Below are positions 34,016 to 42,680 of a DNA stretch of 64,000 nucleotides, piece by piece. Location: the NCBI GenBank assembly GCA_016794465.1, contig JAEUKA010000053.1:83999-147998 (forward strand), given 5' to 3'. Within the stretch, counting starts at the first letter, position 1; every line of letters starts with the position of its first letter. The position numbers and the translations under genes are program-made. Under the pieces are notes generated by a model. The model did no database searches, was not told the origin of the DNA, and saw only the letters and a list, made by a program, of their open reading frames with translations. The DNA is from Myxococcales bacterium (GTDB lineage Bacteria > Myxococcota_A > Polyangia > Palsa-1104 > JAEUJZ01).

Positions 34016-35515
34016 ATGGACACACACGACGCCATCGTCAGAAGCTACGTCGCTGCCCATCAGCCCGTCACCCAAGAGGTTTCCGCCGTCTTGTCGGTGA
34101 GCGAAGGCCAGCTCCCTGCCGAGCTGCGCGGGGTGCTGTTTCGCAACGGGCCGGGGCGGTTTTCCAATCACGGGCAGACCTACGGACACCTCATCGACGG
34201 CGATGGCATGGTGACCCGCTTTGCGATTGGCGCCAGCGGCCCCGGTGGTACGCCCTGCATTCGCTACCGCAACTGCTACGTCCGCACCACCGAGTTTGTC
34301 TACGAGCAGCGCGCTGGCCGACTCCTCTATCGCAACTTTGGCACGAACCGCGCCGGCGGATTTTTCGGCAACTTCTTCCGCACCCACCTCAAAAACGTCG
34401 CCAACACCAGCGTCATCTATCACCACGGTCGCCTGTTTGCGCTGTGGGAGGGCGGGCTGCCGCACCTGCTCGATCCGGTGACGCTCGATACCATTGAGCG
34501 CTACGACTTTTTTGGCGCGCTGAAAAATCGCGGGCCGCTCCTCGAGCGAGTGCTGCTGCCCGAGCTGCCGTTTTCGGCGCATCCCAAGGTCGATCCGCAG
34601 ACCGGCGAGCTGTACAACTTTGGACTGTATCTTGGACCCAATCCCAAGATCCTCCTGTACGCGATCCGCTCCGGGGTTGCACTGACGGTAACGCGTGAGA
34701 TTCCGCTGCCGCTGCCGCTGCTTGCGCATGACTTTCTGCTGACCAAAAATTGGCAGATTCTGTTTCTGTTTCCGGCCTCGCTGCGGTATCTGCCGACGCT
34801 GATGGGTCGTCCTCCGTCCGCCTCGGTGCAGGAAGTGGCCGGCGGCATGACGCGCATTCTGCTGGTGCCACGCGACGGTGGGCCGGTGCGGCAGTACCAA
34901 GCGGCGCCGTGCTTTGTGCTGCACTTTGTCAATGCCTATGAAGATGAGAACGGTCACCTTGTCGTCGACGCTTGTCGTCAGGAACACTTTCCCGATGCGC
35001 CGCGACCGGGCGAGCTTTTGGCTGGACACATCTCGGACATTCCGCACGTGCAGCTGACCCGCTACGTCATCGATCCGCGCGCAGAAGAAGAGTCGGCGGT
35101 ACGCGAGCAGTCCCTCGGCGGTTTCTCGTCGGAGCTGCCGCGCATTCATCCCGCCTATCAGGGGCTTCCCTATCGCTATGCGTATACGGTGTCGGCGACT
35201 CCGGATGCGCCCCACGGACTGTTTTCGGCGATTGCGCGCATCGACCACCACAGCGACGACACCAAGCTGCGCGACTTTTCCCCCGGAATTCCGGGCGAGC
35301 CGGTGATGGTGCCCCGCCCCGACTCGGTCAGCGAGGACGATGGCTGGATTCTCACGGTCGTCTATCACGGCAGTGAGCATCGCTCGGCGCTCTACATCCT
35401 CGACGCCCGCGATCTGTCGACCGTCTGCGTCGCTGAGCTACCCCACCACGTCCCCCCCGGCTTCCACGGCACCTTCGTCCCCTCGTCGCACTGTCCCCCC
35501 GGCTGGAACTCTTAG
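34016..35515 (+). CDS. carotenoid oxygenase family (RPE65/CCD) dioxygenase
   Basis: 499 aa. 'FRNGPGRF', 'HHGRLFALWEGG', and His-bearing beta-propeller blade motifs. Confidence 0.7.
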   Translation: MDTHDAIVRSYVAAHQPVTQEVSAVLSVSEGQLPAELRGVLFRNGPGRFSNHGQTYGHLIDGDGMVTRFAIGASGPGGTPCIRYRNCYVRTTEFVYEQRAGRLLYRNFGTNRAGGFFGNFFRTHLKNVANTSVIYHHGRLFALWEGGLPHLLDPVTLDTIERYDFFGALKNRGPLLERVLLPELPFSAHPKVDPQTGELYNFGLYLGPNPKILLYAIRSGVALTVTREIPLPLPLLAHDFLLTKNWQILFLFPASLRYLPTLMGRPPSASVQEVAGGMTRILLVPRDGGPVRQYQAAPCFVLHFVNAYEDENGHLVVDACRQEHFPDAPRPGELLAGHISDIPHVQLTRYVIDPRAEEESAVREQSLGGFSSELPRIHPAYQGLPYRYAYTVSATPDAPHGLFSAIARIDHHSDDTKLRDFSPGIPGEPVMVPRPDSVSEDDGWILTVVYHGSEHRSALYILDARDLSTVCVAELPHHVPPGFHGTFVPSSHCPPGWNS

Positions 35516-35520
35516 TTTCG

Positions 35521-35584
35521 CCAATATGAATCATTTGATATGCCTCATATTGGAATATGAGGCATGCAAGATGATTCATATTGG
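35521..35584. terminator. AT-rich nested inverted repeat in a convergent intergenic gap (candidate bidirectional terminator or operator)
   Basis: 'ccaatatgaatcat' at 35521-35534 pairs perfectly with 'atgattcatattgg' at 35571-35584. The inner pair 'tatgcctcatatt' / 'aatatgaggcata' is nested between them. Confidence 0.3.
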
Positions 35585-35608
35585 TGGCGGGTGCAGCGGC
35601 TGCGTCGG

Positions 35609-37054
35609 TTATTGCGGACGGAGTCCGGTCGGGCTGGGATGTTGGGGCCAGTCCGAAGGATAGATCAGGTAGGCCGTGCGGTGGGAGTGGGCCCACGCCG
35701 CCTCAAGTGCCGCGCGAGGATAAGTAAGCTGCACCGAAGCATCGTCGCGTGCCGCCGGATCGTTTACGATCACGTCACCGTTTTTCGCAAAGCCGCGCAC
35801 CACAATCAGGTGTCCGTTGGTCTTGCTGATTGGCGCACCGGGCAGCTCGCCGGCCTTGAACGCAATGCTGATGATGAGCGGGACTTTCGCCGCGATCCAC
35901 GGTGCCGCATGGGCAAAGGAATAGAAGCGCGTCACATAGCCGATCATTCCGAAGTTTGCTGCGTACGCGGTGTTAAACGGCCAGTTTCCGGTGCCCTTGT
36001 AGACCCAGTCATAACAGCCGATCGCAGCGTCGGGAACAGAGACGCTTTTGCGGGCATCTTTGGTGACCTGACTCCAGTACTCCATCACCATGCTGGTCGA
36101 GGTCGGACTGCACCAGACCTGGCCACCGCCACCATACGGCTGGTATTCCGGCTTCTTGTACTCTGCCAGCTCTTGGGAGCGCTGCGGAACCGCCAAGTTG
36201 GTGCCAAAGACACTCTCATCCGCTGCCATCGTGGGATACGCGGACTTGTCCATCGAGGCCACCGCTCCGATGAGATACACCGTCGGAAACGTCGCTCCGT
36301 CCGCACTAAACAGAGTCGCCGCCAGCTGATAGGAAGTCGCGGTTTTTTGATTGCGCAGCTCGAAGGTATCGGTGTCTACGTAACCCGTATCATCGGCGGC
36401 TACTTTGATGCTGTGACGCTTGACTGTCCCGGGATCACTTGCCCACACCGGCAGCCGATACCAGCTGCTTAGACCGCTTGGGAGTCGCACCCGGACCCGC
36501 AGCTGTAGCCACGTTCCCGGCGGTGTGATCGCATTCCAAGAGGCAATCAGGTGATCGATAGGAGCCCGCAGGGGAACCTCTTTGGACACCATCGTTCCAT
36601 AATAAAATGCGCCACCATTGTAGTGAGTGACGCCGCTTGGGAGTCCGCTGGGGAGCGGATCTTGGCCGGCACAGAGTCCGACTGCGGCATCAAAGTGAGC
36701 GGCTCCCCCGTCGATGTCTTCGCCCTGGCAGGACAGAGTTCCGGACTTTTGAGGAGACAGCGTGACACCGACCGGACTGGCAGGACCGCCACCGCGCGAA
36801 AGCCCGACACCTTGCCTTGACCACGCGGCAAAGTCCTGCTCTCCCTGCTGCAAAAAGGTGTGGTTGTACTGCAAGTTGGGATCAAGCGGCAGCGTCGGCA
36901 GATCGACTCCGGAAGTAGACGGAATCACCGCGCTCGGATCGGTCGGCGGCGGACTGCGGGTACAGCCTGTCGCAGTCAAAAGCAGTGCGAAAGGGAGTGC
37001 GAAAGGGAGTGCGAACAGAGAGCAACAGCGACGAAGAGCGTAGGGTCTGGACAT
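35609..37054 (-). CDS. Peptidase_C39_2-like cysteine peptidase lipoprotein
   Basis: Lipoprotein signal 'LFALPFALPFALLLTATGC' from the Met at 37054. 'GGGQVWCSPTSTSMVMEYW' fits the C39-like catalytic Cys motif. 'NGHLIVVRGF' fits the His motif. Confidence 0.5.
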   Translation of the reverse strand: MSRPYALRRCCSLFALPFALPFALLLTATGCTRSPPPTDPSAVIPSTSGVDLPTLPLDPNLQYNHTFLQQGEQDFAAWSRQGVGLSRGGGPASPVGVTLSPQKSGTLSCQGEDIDGGAAHFDAAVGLCAGQDPLPSGLPSGVTHYNGGAFYYGTMVSKEVPLRAPIDHLIASWNAITPPGTWLQLRVRVRLPSGLSSWYRLPVWASDPGTVKRHSIKVAADDTGYVDTDTFELRNQKTATSYQLAATLFSADGATFPTVYLIGAVASMDKSAYPTMAADESVFGTNLAVPQRSQELAEYKKPEYQPYGGGGQVWCSPTSTSMVMEYWSQVTKDARKSVSVPDAAIGCYDWVYKGTGNWPFNTAYAANFGMIGYVTRFYSFAHAAPWIAAKVPLIISIAFKAGELPGAPISKTNGHLIVVRGFAKNGDVIVNDPAARDDASVQLTYPRAALEAAWAHSHRTAYLIYPSDWPQHPSPTGLRPQ

Positions 37055-37160
37055 CGGAGTCCTCGCGGTGTGGGGAAAGAAAAAGTCCGCTTCAGCTGGC
37101 GGCATCATAGCGGTCGACAGCGCGCCGTAAAGTCGTACGCTAGACCGAACGGTCCCGCAC

Positions 37161-38006
37161 ATGCGAACAGGTGTCTGGCAGCACTCCGAGGTCGTAAGCC
37201 ACTGGGATCGCGACGAGAACGCGGCGGCCTATCAGCGCTTCTGCGAAGACTTTGCCTACTATCCAAGCGGCAGTGCGGCGCTGGTGCGGGCGGCGGCGAT
37301 TGCGACGGGGGAAAAGGTCGCGGACCTTGGCTGTGGGACGGGCGTGACGACGCGGGCGCTGGTGAGTCGGCTCGGTGATTCGGGGGCGCTGTGGGCGGTC
37401 GATCCGGCGGCGGCGATGCTGCGGGTGGCGCAGGCGGCGAAGTGGCCGCAGCAGGTTCGGTTTGTGCTCGGGGACATCGCGACGCTGGTGGCGCAGGTGC
37501 CGCCGGAGAGCCTGGATGTGATCGTCTGTGCCTCGGCGGTGTGGCTGCCGCCGAATCGACACGCGCTGCTGCGGAAGGTGGCGCAGGCGCTGCGGCCGGG
37601 CGGTCGGTTTGCGCTGTCGATTCCGAGTGAGTTCATCGGTGAGTCGACGCATCTCCTCGACGAGTCAGCGACGCGCTTTTTGACGACGCTGGTGCAGGTT
37701 CGGCAGGAGCTGGCGCTTGCGCCGCCCTTACCGCCTCAGCTGCCGATCGAGCCGCCGAGTCTTGGGGCCTGGCGCGAGTCGCTCTCGTCGGTCGGCTTTG
37801 CGCGGATCGAGGTCGGTGTGCATCCCTACGTGATGACCCATGCCGAGTGGGCGGCGCACCTGTGTCTGCCGGTGGTGCTCGATGGCCTGCTGCCGCTGGC
37901 GCGGGAGAGTCAGCGGCAGCAGTTTGCGCAGCAGCTTCTGGCGCGGCTTGACCCGATTGCCCCGGCGGCCCGACCATGGCACATCCTCGTCGCCTGGCGC
38001 GGCTAG
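37161..38006 (+). CDS. class I SAM-dependent methyltransferase
   Basis: 'VADLGCGTGVTTRAL' motif I. 281 aa. Confidence 0.65.
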   Translation: MRTGVWQHSEVVSHWDRDENAAAYQRFCEDFAYYPSGSAALVRAAAIATGEKVADLGCGTGVTTRALVSRLGDSGALWAVDPAAAMLRVAQAAKWPQQVRFVLGDIATLVAQVPPESLDVIVCASAVWLPPNRHALLRKVAQALRPGGRFALSIPSEFIGESTHLLDESATRFLTTLVQVRQELALAPPLPPQLPIEPPSLGAWRESLSSVGFARIEVGVHPYVMTHAEWAAHLCLPVVLDGLLPLARESQRQQFAQQLLARLDPIAPAARPWHILVAWRG

Positions 38007-38099
38007 ATTCGGCCAGCAACCGGCCTCGCGGAGTCCAGGCTGCTCACATCGGGCTGCTTGCTTCCCGTTTCGCCAGGTTCGTAGTAGCTTCGTCCGACC

Positions 38100-41000
38100 A
38101 TGACCCCGTCTGCTCCTCCTCTTGACGTTGCCGCGACGCTCGAAGGCAAGCGCATCCTGTTCATTGGCGGTACCGGCTTCGTCGGCAAAGTGACGATGTC
38201 GATGCTGCTCTGCAAGTATCCGCAGCTTGGTCGGCTGTACGCGCTGGTGCGGCCCGGATCGGGCTTCACCGCCGAGACGCGCTTCTTTCAAAAGATTGCC
38301 AAGTCGCGGCCATTTGATCCGGTGCGGCAGACGTTTGGCGACGCGACCGAGCAGTATCTGCGCGAAAAAGTGGTGCCGCTGGCCGGCGATGTGTCGCGGG
38401 TGAATGTCGGGCTGTCCGACGCGGATGTGGCGCTGCTGACGCAAGACGGGCCGCTCGATGTGATCCTCAACTCGGCGGGGCTGGTGTCGTTCAATCCGTC
38501 GCTGGAGTCGGCGCTGCGCATCAACGTTCACGGCGTTCGCTATGTCATGGACTTGGCGCGTGCGACGGGGGCCAAGGTGGTTCACGTCTCGACCTGTTTT
38601 GTGGCGGGACGGCGCGAAGGCGAGGTCTGGGAAGACGAGCAGCTGATTGGCTATTTTCCGAGGCGACCAGGGCATCAGCGCTCGGAGTCGGCGGGCTCGG
38701 CGCTGCGCAAAGGGGACTTTGATCCCGAGGCCGAGATTGCCGACTGTGAGCGACTGATCGAGCAGACCCGCCAGCGCGCCGAAGATCGGGCTCGGCTGTC
38801 GATGTTTCGCGATCAAGGCGCCGACCGGCTGCGGGCCGAGGGGCGTGATCCCGAGGACGAGCGGCACCTCAAAGCGGCGCTGCAGCGGGAAAAGAAGACC
38901 TGGACCGCCGAGCGACTGACCGAGCTGGGCATGGAGCGCGCGCAGCACTGGGGCTTTACCAACACCTACACCTACACCAAGAGCCTTGGTGATCAGCTGT
39001 GTGCGCTGGCGGCGCTGCCCGAGTCGGAGCGCAAGGATGGCAAGAAGCCGGTCCGCGTCGCGATTGTTCGGCCCGCGATCGTCGAGTCGGCGATGAGCTT
39101 CCCGTTCCCCGGCTGGAACGAGGGCTTTAACACCACCGCCCCGATGATCTTCATGGTCTTAAAAGGCCACATCCAGGTGCCGGCGTCGCACAACACGATC
39201 TTGGACATGATCCCGGTCGATATGGTGTCGGCGGCGACGATTGCGGCGGTGGCAGCGACGATTGCCGAGCGCAACGAGCTTATCTATCACGTCGGATCGA
39301 GTGACTCGAGTCCGCTGCGGATGCCGCGCTCCGTCGAGCTGACCGGCCTTTATAAGCGTCGTCACTACCGCGACAAGATCGAGCAAGGCCAGGGCGACGC
39401 GATCATGAACCGGGTGCGCTCGCGGCTGGAGTCGATTCCCGTCAGCAAAGCCCGCTATCAGCGCCTGAGTGTGCCGCTGTTGCGCGGGGTGGCCGAGGCG
39501 GCTAGCTCGGCGATTGGCGACGCGCTCGAAAAGCTGTGGGGCATGCCGAGGCTGACGGCGCTGGGCGAGCGGGCCCGCGAGACGCTGGATGCGACGGCGC
39601 AGCTGGCCAAGCAAGGCGAGTCGATCTTCGACCTGTTTTTGCCGTTTGTTCACGACAACGCGCCGATCTTCCGCGCCGACAACACCCGTCGCTTGTATCG
39701 CAGCCTGACGCCGCACGACCAGACGATCCTGCGCTGGAATCCCGAGACGATCAACTGGCGCGAGTACATGCTCGGGGTTCACATTCCTGGCCTGGAAAAG
39801 TGGATCTTCCCGTCGCTCGATGAGGAGTTTCAGGCCCGCGCCAAGGCGGTCTACACCTATCGCGACCTGCTCGAGATGCTGGAGTCGGCGGCCAAGGCCT
39901 ATCGGGGGCGGACGGCGATGCGGCTGTTGCCACCGCTCGATCCCGACGGTGAGCCGGTCGGCTACGGCCAGCGCTACACCTATCGCGACCTGAGCGAGCG
40001 CTCGGCGCGGGTCGGAGAGACGCTGCGGCGACTGGGAATGCCGGTGTCGGGCAAGGTCCTGCTTTTGGCGGAAAATCGTCCCGAGTGGGCGATCTCGTAC
40101 TTTGGCGTGCTGAAGGCGGCGGGCGTGGTGGTTCCCGTCGACAAAGATGCGTCGCTCGACGAAGTGCTGAACATCTGTCGCTGGGCGGATGTCTACGCAG
40201 CGATCGTCTCGGACAAGGTGCAGGCGCGGATCGATGTGCGGGGAGCGCTCTCGCAGGCGATGCCGCAGGTCAAGGTGCTCAGCTTCGGCGAAGTCCTCGG
40301 TGGAGAGACGCCGCACGCGCTGATTCCCGCGAGCAGCCTGCCGACGCTGACGCTGACGGGTCGGGCCGAGGAGATGGCGTCGCTGATCTTTACCTCGGGC
40401 ACCACCGGGAGGCCGAAGGGCGTGATGCTGTCACACCGCAACTTCACGTCGCTGCTGGCCAAGATGGGCGGGGTCTTCGATGTCGACAAGCACGACGGAC
40501 TGCTGTCGGTGCTGCCGCTGCATCACACCTTCGAGTTTTCGGCGGGCCTGCTGATGCCGCTGTCGCAGGGCGCGCAGATTGCCTACCTGCCCGAAGTCAA
40601 CGCGGACTCGCTGCAGCATGCGTTTTCGTCGGCGCACATCACTGGCATGGTCGGTGTGCCGGCGCTGTATCAGCTGCTCTACCGTCGCATTACCAAGCAG
40701 ATCTCGGATCGGCTGCCGTCGCGGGCGGTGCCGTGGGTGCTGCGACTGCTCGAGCGGCTGTATGACCTGACGAGGGCGGCACGGGAGCGGACGCGCAAGG
40801 CGCTGGGCTTCGAGCTGAACCTGCCTCGGGCGCTGTTCTTGCCGGTGCACTCGCGGTTTGGCGGCAAGCTGCGACTGCTGATCAGCGGCGGCTCGGCGCT
40901 GCCCGTCGAGACGATGAAAGAGTATCGAGGCCTTGGCTTCAACCTCTATGAAGGCTATGGCATGACCGAGAGCTCGCCGGTGCTGACGGTGACGCGACCC

Positions 41001-42680
41001 GGCACGCCGCTTTTGCTCGGTAGCGTCGGTGAGCCGCTGCCCGGCATCGATGTCAAGATTCACGAACCCGATGCGAGTGGCGTCGGTGAGATCATCGCCT
41101 CGGGTCCCAACGTCATGCTCGGTTACTACAACGACCCCGAGCTGACCGCCGAGACGATCAAGCGCGGCTACCTGCACACCGGCGACCTCGGCCGCACCGA
41201 CAGCAAAGGCCACCTGTACATCGTCGGACGCAAGAAGGACGTGATCATTGGCCTCAACGGCGAAAACGTCTATCCCGACGAGCTAGAAGAGCGCTATCGC
41301 GAGTCGCCGTTTGTCAAAGAGCTGTGCGTCGTCGGACTGCCCGAGGCGGAGCTAAAAGATTCGCCGTCTGCCGATGACAAGGGTGAAACGGTGGCGTGCT
41401 TGATTGTGCCGGCGTACGACGCACCGCAGGCCGAGGGTCTGTTGCGAGAAGAAGTCCGCAATAAGGTCCGCGAGCACGTCCGACAGGTGTCGGGCAAGCT
41501 GTCGGTGGCCAAGCGCGTCAAGATCCTGCACCTGACCGACCTGGAGCTGCCGAAGACGGCGACGCGCAAGGTCAAGCGCAAGCAAGTGGTCGAGGAGCTG
41601 CGACGGCTGGAGCGGACGCGGCGACAGGCCCAGGCCGAAGCGCAGGTCGGTGGCTCGACGGCGCCGGGAGACTGGCTGCTCAGCCTGCTCGCCGATGTGA
41701 CGGGCAAGCCGCGCTCGGCGGTTCGTCCTGACTCGACGCTGCAAGAGCTGGGGCTCGACTCGCTGTCGTTTGCCGAGCTGGGCGTGGCGCTTGAGGCTGC
41801 GGGCGTTTCTGTACCGGAAAATCTTGACATTTCCAGCCTGGTGAGCGTGCCCGAGCTGCAGAAGGCGGTGGCGCAGTGGGGCCGTCGCAAGCCGAGCAAA
41901 GACGCGCAGCCGGTCCAGTCGAAGAAGAAGAAGCCCGAGACAGAGAGCACCGACGATCGCTTGGTCCTGCCGCGCTGGCTGGTGCGGGCCGGCAATCACG
42001 GGCTCAACGTCGGCCAGCGCGCGCTGTACGAGCGGGTGCTGAAGACGCGGGTCACGGGGCGAGCATATCTGCCGGCGGCGCGACAGTTTATCGTCGCTGC
42101 GAACCACAGCAGTCACCTCGATATGGGGCTGGTCAAGCATGCCTTGGGCGACTGGGGCGATCGGCTGGTGGCGCTGGCGGCGAAGGACTATTTCTTCGAC
42201 GATCCGCTCAAGCGCGTCTACTTCGAGAACTTCACCAACCTGATTCCGATGGATCGCACCGGATCGCTGCGCGAGTCACTGCGGCTGGCGGCGCGGGTGA
42301 TCGAGGACGGCTACGTGCTGCTCATCTTCCCCGAGGGGACGCGCAGTGAAAACGGCGTGATGCAGTCGTTTAAGGCGTCGATTGGCTACCTGTCCCTACA
42401 CCATCGGATCGACGTGCTGCCGATGTACTTGGAAGGAACCCACGACGCGATGCCGAAGGGCAATGTGCTGCCCAAGCAGGGAACGAAGGTGGCGGCGCAC
42501 ATTGGGCCGGTGCTCAGCTTCGAGAGCCTGCAAAGAGCGGTCGCCAAGGTGCCCCGGACCGAGCAGAACCGCGAGGCGGCGCGACTCGTCGAGCTGGCGG
42601 TGCGCAAGCTGGCGCCCATCGGTCCCAATCGCCACATGCCGACCTCGTCTGAGGAAGCCGGCGACGGGAAGTCGAGCTAG
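38100..42680 (+). CDS. elbD: multidomain ether-lipid biosynthesis enzyme ElbD-like (reductase - AMP-ligase - ACP - AGPAT)
   Basis: Four domains in order. (1) 'ILFIGGTGFVGKVTMSML' NAD(P)-binding fatty-acyl reductase/thioester-reductase domain. (2) 'IFTSGTTGRPKGVMLSHRNF' AMP-binding domain. (3) 'LGLDSLSFAELGVALE' phosphopantetheine site. (4) '...ANHSSHLDMGLV...FPEGTRSENG' PlsC-type acyltransferase. 1526 aa. Confidence 0.75.
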   Translation: MTPSAPPLDVAATLEGKRILFIGGTGFVGKVTMSMLLCKYPQLGRLYALVRPGSGFTAETRFFQKIAKSRPFDPVRQTFGDATEQYLREKVVPLAGDVSRVNVGLSDADVALLTQDGPLDVILNSAGLVSFNPSLESALRINVHGVRYVMDLARATGAKVVHVSTCFVAGRREGEVWEDEQLIGYFPRRPGHQRSESAGSALRKGDFDPEAEIADCERLIEQTRQRAEDRARLSMFRDQGADRLRAEGRDPEDERHLKAALQREKKTWTAERLTELGMERAQHWGFTNTYTYTKSLGDQLCALAALPESERKDGKKPVRVAIVRPAIVESAMSFPFPGWNEGFNTTAPMIFMVLKGHIQVPASHNTILDMIPVDMVSAATIAAVAATIAERNELIYHVGSSDSSPLRMPRSVELTGLYKRRHYRDKIEQGQGDAIMNRVRSRLESIPVSKARYQRLSVPLLRGVAEAASSAIGDALEKLWGMPRLTALGERARETLDATAQLAKQGESIFDLFLPFVHDNAPIFRADNTRRLYRSLTPHDQTILRWNPETINWREYMLGVHIPGLEKWIFPSLDEEFQARAKAVYTYRDLLEMLESAAKAYRGRTAMRLLPPLDPDGEPVGYGQRYTYRDLSERSARVGETLRRLGMPVSGKVLLLAENRPEWAISYFGVLKAAGVVVPVDKDASLDEVLNICRWADVYAAIVSDKVQARIDVRGALSQAMPQVKVLSFGEVLGGETPHALIPASSLPTLTLTGRAEEMASLIFTSGTTGRPKGVMLSHRNFTSLLAKMGGVFDVDKHDGLLSVLPLHHTFEFSAGLLMPLSQGAQIAYLPEVNADSLQHAFSSAHITGMVGVPALYQLLYRRITKQISDRLPSRAVPWVLRLLERLYDLTRAARERTRKALGFELNLPRALFLPVHSRFGGKLRLLISGGSALPVETMKEYRGLGFNLYEGYGMTESSPVLTVTRPGTPLLLGSVGEPLPGIDVKIHEPDASGVGEIIASGPNVMLGYYNDPELTAETIKRGYLHTGDLGRTDSKGHLYIVGRKKDVIIGLNGENVYPDELEERYRESPFVKELCVVGLPEAELKDSPSADDKGETVACLIVPAYDAPQAEGLLREEVRNKVREHVRQVSGKLSVAKRVKILHLTDLELPKTATRKVKRKQVVEELRRLERTRRQAQAEAQVGGSTAPGDWLLSLLADVTGKPRSAVRPDSTLQELGLDSLSFAELGVALEAAGVSVPENLDISSLVSVPELQKAVAQWGRRKPSKDAQPVQSKKKKPETESTDDRLVLPRWLVRAGNHGLNVGQRALYERVLKTRVTGRAYLPAARQFIVAANHSSHLDMGLVKHALGDWGDRLVALAAKDYFFDDPLKRVYFENFTNLIPMDRTGSLRESLRLAARVIEDGYVLLIFPEGTRSENGVMQSFKASIGYLSLHHRIDVLPMYLEGTHDAMPKGNVLPKQGTKVAAHIGPVLSFESLQRAVAKVPRTEQNREAARLVELAVRKLAPIGPNRHMPTSSEEAGDGKSS

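Noticed and set aside
33836-35380. 514-aa minus-strand ORF antisense to the carotenoid oxygenase
   Set aside because: GC artefact. The sense strand carries conserved CCD motifs.
37728-38948. 406-aa minus-strand ORF spanning the MTase/ElbD junction
   Set aside because: Antisense to two well-supported genes. No domain features.
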